Assembly (NCBI GenBank): GCA_045863295.1
Contig: BTWA01000003.1
Span: 225,888-289,887 of the forward strand
Length of the DNA stretch: 64,000 bases
From: Candidatus Hydrogenedentota bacterium
GTDB taxonomy: Bacteria > Hydrogenedentota > Hydrogenedentia > Hydrogenedentales > SLHB01
Direction: 5' to 3'
The notes beneath the pieces are model-generated. The model was not told the DNA's origin and made no database searches. It was given only the letters and a program-made list of their open reading frames with translations. Position 1 is the first letter of the stretch, and each line of letters starts with the position of its first letter. Shown here one piece after another: positions 27,774-38,108 of this stretch. The position numbers and the translations under genes are program-made.

Positions 27774-29303
27774 GTGACGCGGAAACTTGCGCAGTGTTGC
27801 ATGGTACTTTCCCTTTCGATGGCTGCCGCGTGGGCGCAATCGGACCTGGATCGGCTTACTCTCCTTCAGCCGTTTAAGCCGCAGCGAGCGAGCAGCGCCA
27901 ACCCCGATATCGCAAAGAATGGCGATGCGCGGCCCATTCCGGCAGGCGAAACGCTTGTGCTGGCGGATCTGGAAGGACCGGGAGTTGTAAACCATGTCTG
28001 GTGCACGATAGGGACGCCGGATCCGTTTCACGGCCGGACCCACGTGCTGCGTGTGTATTACGACGGCAACGAACGGCCCAGCGTCGAGGCGCCTCTGGGC
28101 GATTTCTTCGGCGTGGGCCACGGCGCCATGGTGGACTACACGTCGGCGGTGACCTCGGTGTCGAGTTTTGGAAGGTCGCGGAGTTCATACTGGCGGATGC
28201 CGTTTCAGAGCCGCATTAAAATAACGGTCACCAACGAGTCGTCAACGTACAGCACCGATTCGTTTTATTTTTATGTGGACTGGGAAAAGTACGAGAGATT
28301 GCCGGAAGACGCGCTCTATTTTCATGCCCAGTACCGTCAGCAAAATCCCACTACGCCGGACGATTTCATTGTGCTTGAGACGACGGGCAAAGGGCACTTC
28401 GCGGGGATGGTGTATTCCGCGCATCAGGCCGAGATTGGCTGGTTTGGCGAGGGCGACGATCGGTTCTATATTGACGGTGAAGAAACGCCCAGCCTTATGG
28501 GCACGGGCACGGAAGACTATTTCAATGACGCGTGGGGATTTCGCAAGTTCAACACGCCCTATTATGGCGTGTCCCTTTGGGAGGGGTACGCGGCGGGCGA
28601 TCGCGTGACAGCGTACCGTTGGCATGTACCCGATCCCATTCCTTTCACGAAATCGATCAAGGTGGCCATGGAGACACGCGGCAGCGTGTTCTCGCGTACT
28701 GGTGAGTTTTACGGGCAATTCCTTCACCGGCGCGACTTCATCAGTTCTGTGGCGTATTGGTACCAGTGGCCCGCGAAACATATTGAGGGGTCGATGCCGC
28801 CGGTCGCGGATCGGGTGCCGCCCTATACCGTGCTCCCGGTGGGCGCGTTGACCGTGAAGGCAAAGCCGGATTCAGGGATTATGAAGGATGAGTCCCAAGT
28901 GCTGTATATGCCGGCAAAGGCGGGGAGCGCGGTCACGTTTGAATTCACCGTGCCCGCGAGCGGCCGGTATCAGGTGAATGCCGTGATGAATTACGGATTT
29001 CGCGGAGGCGTCTTCGAGGCCAAAATTAACGACACCCCCGTTGGCGGTCCCTTCGACTTTTACGAGGATGGCGCGGACCCGGTGTGGACTCGGTTCGACA
29101 CGCATGCGCTGGAAGCAGGCGAATCGCATACCCTGACATTTACTTCGGTCGGTCCGTCACCTCGAGCACGGGCAGGCATGCCCTCCGCCCAGGGCTTAGG
29201 CATGGTCTACCTCGTGCTATTACGCCTCGAGGATCTGCCAGGCTACGAAGTGACATTAAAGGAAGAACAGGCGAAACGCGCCAGTGCCGCGCCAAAGCAA
29301 TAG
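27774..29303 (+). CDS. DUF2961 / GH172 family secreted glycoside hydrolase with C-terminal extension
   Basis: GPGVVNHVW, PLGDFFG, WRMPF, WFGEGDD, GTGTEDYF, YRWHVPDPIPF. Confidence 0.88.
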   Translation: MTRKLAQCCMVLSLSMAAAWAQSDLDRLTLLQPFKPQRASSANPDIAKNGDARPIPAGETLVLADLEGPGVVNHVWCTIGTPDPFHGRTHVLRVYYDGNERPSVEAPLGDFFGVGHGAMVDYTSAVTSVSSFGRSRSSYWRMPFQSRIKITVTNESSTYSTDSFYFYVDWEKYERLPEDALYFHAQYRQQNPTTPDDFIVLETTGKGHFAGMVYSAHQAEIGWFGEGDDRFYIDGEETPSLMGTGTEDYFNDAWGFRKFNTPYYGVSLWEGYAAGDRVTAYRWHVPDPIPFTKSIKVAMETRGSVFSRTGEFYGQFLHRRDFISSVAYWYQWPAKHIEGSMPPVADRVPPYTVLPVGALTVKAKPDSGIMKDESQVLYMPAKAGSAVTFEFTVPASGRYQVNAVMNYGFRGGVFEAKINDTPVGGPFDFYEDGADPVWTRFDTHALEAGESHTLTFTSVGPSPRARAGMPSAQGLGMVYLVLLRLEDLPGYEVTLKEEQAKRASAAPKQ

Positions 29304-29319
29304 TATGTCCGTGCCTCAG

Positions 29320-29889
29320 CTATGGCGCGATCGTTGATGCGATGTCGACCAGCCGTGTCAGCTCCGCAAATACAGCGCGTTTTCCCGGATCCGCATTGTA
29401 GAGCGCGGCGACCTTCTCGCGTGCGGCCGCCATGTTGCCGCTGGCCTTGCCCCGGGCAATGAGTTCGCGGCATGCGTCAGGCATGGGACCCCAGTTGCCG
29501 CATTCGACAAACTTATCGTTAAGGAACACAAATTTGGGAATGGCCTCTCCCCCGTTGGTAAGGAACCGGGCAAACACTTCCTTGTGTTGCATTCGCGTGA
29601 CAAACCGGACCAGCAAGTTGTCCGATTCGTCGGCCATACGCGCCAGCACGGGCACATGGCGCACCACGTCGCCGCACCAATCTTCGGCGATGGCGACGAC
29701 ATGAACCGGACGCGGCATGGCGTTCAGCACGCCCAAAATGATGGGATCGAGGGTCAAGGCACGGCGGTTTTCGTCCATGGCGTTGGCATGGTTCACGTTT
29801 TCCGCGGCAGCGAGCCAGGCTTCGTAAGGTTGGCCCGAATGGAACACGGCTCTCCAGTCAATCGTGGGCAAGATGGGCGGACGCGGCAT
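29320..29889 (-). CDS. Thioredoxin-like protein (WCGD monothiol type)
   Basis: AEDWCGD, TNGGEAIPKF, WGP. Confidence 0.85.
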   Translation of the reverse strand: MPRPPILPTIDWRAVFHSGQPYEAWLAAAENVNHANAMDENRRALTLDPIILGVLNAMPRPVHVVAIAEDWCGDVVRHVPVLARMADESDNLLVRFVTRMQHKEVFARFLTNGGEAIPKFVFLNDKFVECGNWGPMPDACRELIARGKASGNMAAAREKVAALYNADPGKRAVFAELTRLVDIASTIAP

Positions 29890-30059
29890 GGAACGGCTTC
29901 TCCTCGTCGATGTGCAGTCTTGGCGGCTTTCGCGCTGTTCGTATCAATTCCAAGTAACGCTGCGACTCCGGCGAATTCTTCCCGCGGTGGAAATCTTGAT
30001 TGGATGACCGGTACCATCTTGGATTGGCGGAAGGCAACGAATTAACACGGGGGCCCATC

Positions 30060-30935
30060 ATGTTTTCCCTAGCGGCGTTTTTTATCACTGTGGCGGCGGC
30101 AGCGCCGAAAGACGTGGAACCTGCGTTTGAAATGCCATTGTGGCCGGCCGAGGCGCCCGGGGCGCCGCTGGAGAAACCTGAAGACAATCCCCGCATTATT
30201 GCCTATCTGCCGGAAACAGAAGGGCCGCATGCGGCTGTCGTGATTTTTCCGGGCGGCGGCTACCACGGCCTTGCCATGGATCACGAAGGCGATGAGATCG
30301 GGCGGTGGTTGGTGGAGCACAACATGGCTGGGTTTGTTGTCACATATCGCCGCGGCAAGGCCTACCCACACCCGGTTCCAATGACGGACGCGCAACGGGG
30401 CATTCGCACGGTCCGTGCACGCGCGGCGGAATGGAAAGTCGATCCCTCCAGGATTGGTGTCATCGGGTTCTCCGCGGGCGGGCACCTTGCGGCCACGACG
30501 GGTGTGCATTATGTAGACGAGCGTCCCGATCAGGCCGATCCGATTGAGCGCGTTTCGTGCCGTCCCGATTTTCTGATTCTAATGTACCCGGTCATTACGT
30601 TTACGGATCCGGCCCGGCATGAAGGGTCGATGAAGAATTTGCTTGGCGAGACTCCCGACCCGGCGCTGGTGAAGGAGATGTCGCTCGAACTTCAAGTGAC
30701 AGCCAAGACGCCGCCTACTTTCTTGATCCATACGCAAGAGGATCAGGCGGTACCAGTCAAGAACGCGTTGTTGTTTTATGAATCGCTGGTGCAAAACGGC
30801 GTTGCCGCGGAAATGCATGTCTTCGACAAGGGCAAGCATGGCCTCGGACTTGGGTACAAGACTCCGGAATTGACGTACGCCGCGTGGCCGGATTTGTGCC
30901 TGCGCTGGCTTGCCACACAAGGATTTATCCAGTAG
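30060..30935 (+). CDS. Alpha/beta hydrolase (xylan/feruloyl esterase-like)
   Basis: PGGGY, GFSAGGHLA, RPDF, PPTFL, HGLG. Confidence 0.9.
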   Translation: MFSLAAFFITVAAAAPKDVEPAFEMPLWPAEAPGAPLEKPEDNPRIIAYLPETEGPHAAVVIFPGGGYHGLAMDHEGDEIGRWLVEHNMAGFVVTYRRGKAYPHPVPMTDAQRGIRTVRARAAEWKVDPSRIGVIGFSAGGHLAATTGVHYVDERPDQADPIERVSCRPDFLILMYPVITFTDPARHEGSMKNLLGETPDPALVKEMSLELQVTAKTPPTFLIHTQEDQAVPVKNALLFYESLVQNGVAAEMHVFDKGKHGLGLGYKTPELTYAAWPDLCLRWLATQGFIQ

Positions 30936-32784
30936 CGGCTTGGCTGAGCGCTGTTTGCACGTTCGCGTTGGCGTTTGCAATGTACTTGTCGACGACGCTC
31001 TCAAGTATGATGAGCGGCAGCGAACCGTTTTTCAGTATCACATCGTGAAACGCTTTGATGTCGAAAGCGTCCCCCAATTCGGTCTTGGCCTTTTCACGCA
31101 ACTCGAGAATCTTTATCATGCCAATTTTGTAGGCACACGCCTGGCCGGGATTGACGATGTAGCGTTCGATTTCGGCGGTGACTTCTCCCACGGGCATTCC
31201 AGTATTGGTCATCATGTAGTCAATGGCCTGCTCACGCGTCCAGCGTTTGTAATGAATGCCGGTATCGACAACAAGGCGCACGGCACGGAACAATTCGGCC
31301 TGAAGCCGGCCCAGGTTTGAAAACGAGTCGCTGTGAAATCCGGCTTCCCATGCCAACCGTTCCGAATAGAGCGCCCAACCCTCTGCATAGGCCGTGAAAG
31401 GCAGCACTTTTCGAAAGGTCGGGCCTTCCATAGCCTGCTGAAATACGAATTGGAAATGATGGCCCGGTATGGCTTCGTGATAGGCGAGCGTGCGCATGCC
31501 ATACTTTTGAATCTCGCTCATGTCACGCAGGTTTGCGTAAAAGATGCCCGGCCGGGAACCGTCCAACGCGGGCGGGTAGTAGTATGCCCCCGGCGCGGTT
31601 TTCTCTTTGAATTCGGGAATGCGTTCGACCTTCACGCTCACCGGCGGACGCTGACTGAACCACTCGCCAAGACCGGCGTCAATTTCGTCGATGATGGTTT
31701 GGTAGTCGGCAAGGCATTGTATGCGGCCGGCTTCGGAGTCTTCGTATTTGAACCGATCTTCTTTGGACAGATCGCCCATAAGTTCCTTCAGCGGTTTGCC
31801 GGAGTATCCTTGCTCTGCGAGGATGGCAAGCATTTCCGATTGAATGCGATCCACTTCGGAAAGTCCAACCCGATGAATCTCTTCCGCGGTCATGTCCGTT
31901 GTGGTCTGGCTACGCAGTGCGTATGCATAGAACGCGTCCCCATCGGGCAACTTCCAAACGCCGTCGTCCGTGGTGGTCTTCGGCGCCAACTCCTCGAAGT
32001 AGGCAATCAATTTCTGGTAGGCCGGGTAGACGCCGGTCTCGATTGCCTGTGATGCGGCGGCCGTAATGCCGGTGCAATCGGCTTCGCTCATATCGGTATC
32101 GTTCAAATTTTTCTGCAACGAAGTGAACAAGATGTTCTCATTGGGTGGCGCGGCGACGAACCCCTTCATTTCCGTTAATACGCGTTCGACGACAAACCGG
32201 GGTGGAAGGATTCCTTTCTCTTCCCGGAGGCGCAACCCCTCAAGCACTTGGTCGAATTTCTCGCCAAATTTGACAAGACGTGCAAGATATTGGTCGGCAT
32301 CTTTTCGATCGTCTATCTGGTGCATCTCAGCCATGAACGAGGGCAAATCGTTCTGCACACCGAAGAGTTGATTAACGGGATAGTCGTGAAACAGATAGGG
32401 TTCGCCTTCGACAGACAGGGAAAGAAACCAGTCGAGTACTTGCGTGGACAATTGCTGCGATTCGGTCTGTCCAGTGATGTCGTACCGGCGAAGCGTATCC
32501 CGGTCGCGCTTGGCCTTGGCGAGCAGTTTTTGCGCGTGTGCAGGAGATGCGTCGGTAAAATCATCGTTATGTCCGCGCAAACCATAAGGTTCGAGCAGGC
32601 GCATCTGGGTCAACATTTCAGGATCCATGAGCGCATATTCCAGAAATACCCGCTCGTAGAAAATATTGATGTTAAATGGTTTGAACCAGACGATATTGAC
32701 GATGAATCCCGCGGCGACGATCAGCGCGCCAGTGCATCCCAGTGCGACTATACGCAATACCGTTCTCAATTTCCGCTTCGCCAT
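30925..32784 (-). CDS. DUF885 family protein (putative metallopeptidase)
   Basis: HEAIPGHHFQ, AYAEGWALYSE, RAVRLVVDTGIH, EIERY, PGQACAYKIG; SD GAGGAG. Confidence 0.92.
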   Translation of the reverse strand: MAKRKLRTVLRIVALGCTGALIVAAGFIVNIVWFKPFNINIFYERVFLEYALMDPEMLTQMRLLEPYGLRGHNDDFTDASPAHAQKLLAKAKRDRDTLRRYDITGQTESQQLSTQVLDWFLSLSVEGEPYLFHDYPVNQLFGVQNDLPSFMAEMHQIDDRKDADQYLARLVKFGEKFDQVLEGLRLREEKGILPPRFVVERVLTEMKGFVAAPPNENILFTSLQKNLNDTDMSEADCTGITAAASQAIETGVYPAYQKLIAYFEELAPKTTTDDGVWKLPDGDAFYAYALRSQTTTDMTAEEIHRVGLSEVDRIQSEMLAILAEQGYSGKPLKELMGDLSKEDRFKYEDSEAGRIQCLADYQTIIDEIDAGLGEWFSQRPPVSVKVERIPEFKEKTAPGAYYYPPALDGSRPGIFYANLRDMSEIQKYGMRTLAYHEAIPGHHFQFVFQQAMEGPTFRKVLPFTAYAEGWALYSERLAWEAGFHSDSFSNLGRLQAELFRAVRLVVDTGIHYKRWTREQAIDYMMTNTGMPVGEVTAEIERYIVNPGQACAYKIGMIKILELREKAKTELGDAFDIKAFHDVILKNGSLPLIILESVVDKYIANANANVQTALSQAATG

Positions 32785-32872
32785 AACGCACTCCTCGTAA
32801 TTCACCAGGGTTGGAGGCCAAAGGAAAGAATAGAGCATTGCCGTACTGAATTCACCCTGGGGAAGCGAAAAC

Positions 32873-33415
32873 TCAAGGAGATTGCTGGGTGAAGATCAAC
32901 TTGCCGATGTCGAATCCGCGGGTCTCCAGATCCGTTAGTATCTGTTCCGTGATGTCCTGGCTCAACGTGGGAGTCCGGCTCAGAATGAACAAACTCGCCT
33001 TCCGGGAATCGGAGACCACGGCGTACGTGTAGTCGGAGTCGAGCGTGATGATCCAGTACTCTCCCTCAAACAAGCTGCCTAATGGGAAATTGAAACGCAC
33101 AGCGAGTTTCGCGTTGGTTTGCGCGTCTACGATTCTGGCCGTGCCCTCGATGGTCGTCTCAGGTCCTTCAAGGCCACCCTGGAGACCACGGTTAAACACA
33201 CGAACGGTTCCATCGTCGTTGATCGAATACTCGGCGGTGACTCCGGCAAGGCCAAGGTTGAAGAACTGAGGGTATGCGGCGATTTGATACCACAGTCCCG
33301 CATACTTCTGTAAATCAACGTAGGCCACGGTAGCGGGCGGGGTGCCGCAACCAGCAAACAATGCGCAGAACAAACCCAAAACAAGGACGAACGGGACAAA
33401 CTTCTTCAACTGCAT
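32873..33415 (-). CDS. blc: Bacterial lipocalin (Blc-like lipoprotein)
   Basis: Lipobox LFAGC; VDLQKYAGLWYQIA; YWII; ILSRTP. Confidence 0.9.
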   Translation of the reverse strand: MQLKKFVPFVLVLGLFCALFAGCGTPPATVAYVDLQKYAGLWYQIAAYPQFFNLGLAGVTAEYSINDDGTVRVFNRGLQGGLEGPETTIEGTARIVDAQTNAKLAVRFNFPLGSLFEGEYWIITLDSDYTYAVVSDSRKASLFILSRTPTLSQDITEQILTDLETRGFDIGKLIFTQQSP

Positions 33416-33512
33416 ACTGCTTCAAGACTCCTGCCCAAATCGGGCGAATGGCGATAGCCGTACCACGTTTCCCGTCTAAGATTCTTAACGGGCGCGGTTC
33501 GATGTCATTGAT

Positions 33513-34748
33513 TCAGGAAGGCTGCATGTGCGGTTTGTAGGCGATTCGCATGGCGAACAACAGGCCGGTCGCGGCGAGTGCCATCGCACTGCCGAATAGG
33601 AATGGAGCCGCCGCGCCGAAACCATCCCATTCTCCCCAGCCGCCCCAAAACAGACCGGCCAGGAGCGACGCAGGCAAGTGTATGATTCCGATGACTCCAT
33701 GGTACACGCCGTAGGCCGATCCCCGAAGTTCGGGGTTTACGAGATCTGCAAGAAATGCGCGCGTTACGCCGTCAGTCAGGCCGTGGTACACCCCATAGAT
33801 CAAAAATAGAGCACACGTTGCCGCTGTTGATCCGCTCAATGCGAAGCCCGCATAGATGGCAGCGTATGCCAGCCATCCGCACGCGAGAACCTTGAACCGC
33901 CCAATGCGATCGGACAATGCGCCCGCATAGAGTGATACAATTGAGTTGACCACGTTGAATCCCGAGAGCAGGACAAGGATGCCAATGATGCCAAGTCCCC
34001 GTTCCTGCACGCGGAGTATCAGGAATGCATCAGACGAATTGCCCAATCCGAATACGGCGGCCGCAAGGAGGAATGCCCAAAAGGGCCTGCCGAGAGACTT
34101 GAAAGAGGGGTTTGTCGAATTGGGCGTGCGCGCGTTCACAGTCTCCTTGGCAAACGCCGCCAACACGACAACGGCCAGCAAGGCAGGCACCAGGCTGACA
34201 AGCACTACCGATTGAAAGGCCGTCGCATCCAGAGCAGCGGTTCCGCCGGAAACCAAACCAATTACAGCAGCCGCAATGAGAAGGCCCGCCACAGCGCCCG
34301 CTGAATCCGCGGCCCGATGAATGCCAAAGGCCCTTCCGCGCTGCCGAATGTCTATCGAATCGGCAATCAGTGCGTCGCGCGGCGCTGTCCGGACGCCCTT
34401 GCCGACCCGGTCAGCCCAGCGAACAGCGGCGACAATCCACCAGTTCGTAGCAAACAAAAAGAATACTTTGGCGATGGCCGAGATTCCGTATCCCGCGACT
34501 GAAGGCCACTTACGGGATCGCCACATATCGGAATAGTACCCCGAAGCCAGCTTGACAAGGCTGGCTGTCGATTCCGCTACGCCTTCCACCAGACCAATGG
34601 TTACTGTTTTTGCGCCCAGAACATTGGCCAAGAATAGGGGCAAAAGATTGAAAACCATCTCACTGGAGACGTCTGTCAAGAAACTGGTGGCACTGACCAC
34701 CCAGACATTTCCAGGCATCCGGGCGGGCGTCTGGGTGGAATCGGCCAT
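33513..34748 (-). CDS. MFS transporter
   Basis: TDVSSEM, DRVGKGVRTAPRDALIA, GALSDRIGR, about 12 TM helices. Confidence 0.92.
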   Translation of the reverse strand: MADSTQTPARMPGNVWVVSATSFLTDVSSEMVFNLLPLFLANVLGAKTVTIGLVEGVAESTASLVKLASGYYSDMWRSRKWPSVAGYGISAIAKVFFLFATNWWIVAAVRWADRVGKGVRTAPRDALIADSIDIRQRGRAFGIHRAADSAGAVAGLLIAAAVIGLVSGGTAALDATAFQSVVLVSLVPALLAVVVLAAFAKETVNARTPNSTNPSFKSLGRPFWAFLLAAAVFGLGNSSDAFLILRVQERGLGIIGILVLLSGFNVVNSIVSLYAGALSDRIGRFKVLACGWLAYAAIYAGFALSGSTAATCALFLIYGVYHGLTDGVTRAFLADLVNPELRGSAYGVYHGVIGIIHLPASLLAGLFWGGWGEWDGFGAAAPFLFGSAMALAATGLLFAMRIAYKPHMQPS

Positions 34749-34980
34749 GGCATTTCCTTCCGTGTCGTGGATGGTTCAAGGACATCAAGTATGATGCGCG
34801 TTGGCGCAATTCATTTCTAACCTACAGTCCTGCCCGCCCCAAACGCACTCTGCGGGCCGGGGCCGTACGTAGTTCGCGCCGTCCGGATGCCATGGGAACG
34901 CCGTCGCAACGGTCATCGAGGACTTGTGCCAACCCGGCTACCACGGCCACGTACGACCGGGTATAATTCCACCATACCCT

Positions 34981-35847
34981 ATGCGGCATCATCGAATTAT
35001 TTGGCTGTCCACCGGCTGTATTGTTGTACTGGCCGCCATTGTCGTGGCCTTGCGGGAGGTCCGCGCCCCGGCGGTGGAACCGCGCCAGGATCCGTTCGGC
35101 GATATCACGCGCGAACTCAGTGATGCACAGGTGGATGTGTTGTTTCGCACCATGCGGGAGTGCCTTTCGCGCGATCCGCAGGGGGTGCGCACACGCACAC
35201 GCTTGATCGTGGAAGCCGTGGCGGATATCGCGGAAAAAGGACATCGCGAATCGGCGGACGCCTATTATGCGTTGGCGTTGCGCAAGGTGGCCGCAAAGGA
35301 TCTACGGGGTGCCGAGGACGCCTACCGCAAGGCCATAGAGTTGCGGCCGGATTGGTCCTGGGCGCACAACGGGTTGGGTATCCTGCTTCATACAATGAGC
35401 CGCAGCAAAGAAGCCGAGGCGGAATTCCTGAAGGCCATTGAGTTTGATCCCAAATGGAGCCGCCCGTACAACGACTTGGCCATTCTCTACCGGCTGACAG
35501 GCAACCTGGAGGCCGCCGATGCCGCGGCACAAAAAGCCCTCGCACTCGAGCCGGACAGCGTGGCAACGCACAATAATTATGGGAACCTGCTTATGGCGCT
35601 GGAAAGGTACGACGAAGCCGAGGCCGCGTACCGCAAGGCCATCGACATCGACCCGGACCACCCCGCTCCCTATTACAACCTCGCCTGCGTGGCCGCCGCT
35701 CGTGAAAACCGCGAAGAAGTGGTGCCGCTCCTGATGGTGGCGATTACGTTCGATGAAAGCTACCGGCAACAAGCGCAGGTGGACGCCGATTTCGATTCGA
35801 TGCGCGAGGATCCACTTTTTCAGAAGTTGATGAACGAGCAGGATTGA
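34981..35847 (+). CDS. Membrane-anchored TPR protein
   Basis: N-terminal hydrophobic helix; repeated A-Y-R-K-A-I-x-L-x-P / AHNGLG TPR units; YYNLAC. Confidence 0.88.
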   Translation: MRHHRIIWLSTGCIVVLAAIVVALREVRAPAVEPRQDPFGDITRELSDAQVDVLFRTMRECLSRDPQGVRTRTRLIVEAVADIAEKGHRESADAYYALALRKVAAKDLRGAEDAYRKAIELRPDWSWAHNGLGILLHTMSRSKEAEAEFLKAIEFDPKWSRPYNDLAILYRLTGNLEAADAAAQKALALEPDSVATHNNYGNLLMALERYDEAEAAYRKAIDIDPDHPAPYYNLACVAAARENREEVVPLLMVAITFDESYRQQAQVDADFDSMREDPLFQKLMNEQD

Positions 35848-36157
35848 TGGGTGTCAACAACTTGAGCTTCAAATCCGTCCACCAGTGTTCGCATGGCCGT
35901 AGGATTAGTTTGCCGGACTGTAAAGGTCCGGCAAGCAGACAAAGTTACGTCCATATGAAAATGGATCAAACCAAACGAAATAAGAAAACTGTAACTTTCT
36001 TATTTACAGCATTTTAACTTACCGCACGTAGCGATCATGCCAGAATGCACCCTTGGTCGCATTTCCCTCACAGCACAAAGCCGCGCAGCGCCTTGATTTG
36101 GCTCCGCCGCATGGTATGATAGGCACTTCAACTGGCTTTATCCGGGAAAGAAGCACG

Positions 36158-38098
36158 ATGTACACGCGATTTCATGTAATTCTTGGTGTCTTGGCAGTGG
36201 CTTGGTTGGCGGAAGCCCCCTTTGCCCAAGACGCGCCCACGTTGCCGGTGGCCGTCACCCGCCCGGTGAACTTCATGGACGATATTCATTCCCTTCTCGC
36301 CGAACGCTGTTGGTCCTGTCACGGGCCGAACAAGCAAATGGCCGGACTTCGGCTGGACTCTAGAGACGCGATTCTCAAGGGCGGGGAATCGGGTCCGGCG
36401 GTAGTCGAAGGAAAAAGCGCGGAAAGTTACTTGATTGAGCTGGTGTCGGGGCAGGTCCAGGACCTCATTATGCCTCCCAAAGGGGTACCTCTGAATGCCG
36501 AGCAAATCGGAATACTTAGGGCGTGGATCGATCAAGGATTGAAATGGGACCCGTCTGCCAGCCAACCGGACGCGTGGGATGCACCCATCGAGCCGCGCCG
36601 CCCCGCCATTCCAGAAGCAGTTGCCGCGACGCTCTCGGACAATCCCGTGGACCGGTTCTTGGGCCCGTATTTTCAGGAACACGCCATGGCGCCGGGGGAA
36701 CCCGTGGCGGATGCGGTATTTGTACGCAGAGCTTATCTCGACACGATTGGGTTGTTGCCCACAAACGACGAATTGCAGGCATTTCTGAACGATCCCAACC
36801 CCGACAAACGGGCGCAATTGGTTCGCACGTTGCTGGCCAACAACCAGGGTTATGCGGAACACTGGATGACGTTCTGGAACGACTGTCTGCGCAACGATTT
36901 CACGGGCACGGGATACATCGACGGCGGACGTAAGTCCATTACGGATTGGCTGTACCGTGCGTTGTATAACAACATGCCCTACGACCAATTCGCCATGCAG
37001 CTCGTCAATCCGACGCCGGAGTCGGAGGGTTTTGTCAAAGGCATCATCTGGCGCGGCGTGACGGCGGCAGTGCAACAGCCGCCCGTGCAGGCAGCCAAAT
37101 CAGTCTCGCAGGTGTTTCTCGGGGTCAACCTCAAATGCGCGTCGTGTCACGATAGTTTCGTCGACAACTGGAAGCTGAAAGACGCCTATGGCATGGCGAG
37201 CATTTTCTCGGATGACGCGCTCGAACTGGTGCGCTGCGATGTGCCGCAGGGCGAAATTGCCGCGCCGGCGTTCCTGTGGCAAGAACTGGGTGCCATTGAG
37301 GCGGAACGTCCGCGAGCAGGACGGATGGCGCAATTGGCGCGCACATTGACCAGCGAAGAGAACGGTCGTTTTACGCGGACCATGGTGAACCGCTTATGGG
37401 CGCAGTTCTTTGGTCGGGGCCTGGTGGAGCCGCTGGACGTTATGGGCAACAAGCCTTTTTATCCAGATCTTTTGGATTGGCTCGCGACGGATTTGGTGGA
37501 CAGCGGATACAATCTCAAGCACACGATGGAAATTATCCTCACATCCAAGGCCTACCAGTTGCCGGCAGTACCGCGCACGGGCCGGGTGGAGGAAGCGACG
37601 GACTATGCCTTTGCCGGGCCGGAGTTGCGGCGGTTGAGCGCGGAGCAGTTTATGGACGCGGTGAGCCGCGTGACCGGCCATTGGCAAGTGGATCCGAAAT
37701 TCACGCCGCCCGGGGAAGACCCCAACGATCCGGCGCGCATGGTCCGCGCATGGCGGGTACCGTCCGATCCGCTGACACGGGCATTGGGCCGGCCAAACCG
37801 GGAACAGGTGACCACCCGGCGGGAAGGCGATGCCACAACCTTGCAGGCGGTCGAACTCACCAACGGCGCCACATTTGCCACGTTTCTGACCGAGGCATCC
37901 ATGCGGGTAATGGATGCGGGCGAGCCGCCGGTGGATGATATAATTAACCGGATTTATTTGGCTGCGCTGCAGCGTTCGCCCTCCGACACCGAACGCGCGG
38001 CGGCCCAGGCCCTGGTGGGCGCACCGGTAACCGTCGATGGCTTGTCGGATTTGTTGTGGGCGGTGTCGATGCTGCCCGAATTCCAGTTGATCCATTGA
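36158..38098 (+). CDS. Planctomycete-type cytochrome c + DUF1549/DUF1553 (PSD1) protein
   Basis: Signal peptide; CWSCH and CASCH heme motifs; LRLDS; RRAYLDTIGLLP; VNRLWAQFFGRGLV; LLDWLA; RRLSAEQ. Confidence 0.92.
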   Translation: MYTRFHVILGVLAVAWLAEAPFAQDAPTLPVAVTRPVNFMDDIHSLLAERCWSCHGPNKQMAGLRLDSRDAILKGGESGPAVVEGKSAESYLIELVSGQVQDLIMPPKGVPLNAEQIGILRAWIDQGLKWDPSASQPDAWDAPIEPRRPAIPEAVAATLSDNPVDRFLGPYFQEHAMAPGEPVADAVFVRRAYLDTIGLLPTNDELQAFLNDPNPDKRAQLVRTLLANNQGYAEHWMTFWNDCLRNDFTGTGYIDGGRKSITDWLYRALYNNMPYDQFAMQLVNPTPESEGFVKGIIWRGVTAAVQQPPVQAAKSVSQVFLGVNLKCASCHDSFVDNWKLKDAYGMASIFSDDALELVRCDVPQGEIAAPAFLWQELGAIEAERPRAGRMAQLARTLTSEENGRFTRTMVNRLWAQFFGRGLVEPLDVMGNKPFYPDLLDWLATDLVDSGYNLKHTMEIILTSKAYQLPAVPRTGRVEEATDYAFAGPELRRLSAEQFMDAVSRVTGHWQVDPKFTPPGEDPNDPARMVRAWRVPSDPLTRALGRPNREQVTTRREGDATTLQAVELTNGATFATFLTEASMRVMDAGEPPVDDIINRIYLAALQRSPSDTERAAAQALVGAPVTVDGLSDLLWAVSMLPEFQLIH

Positions 38099-38108
38099 GG
38101 AGCGCGTG

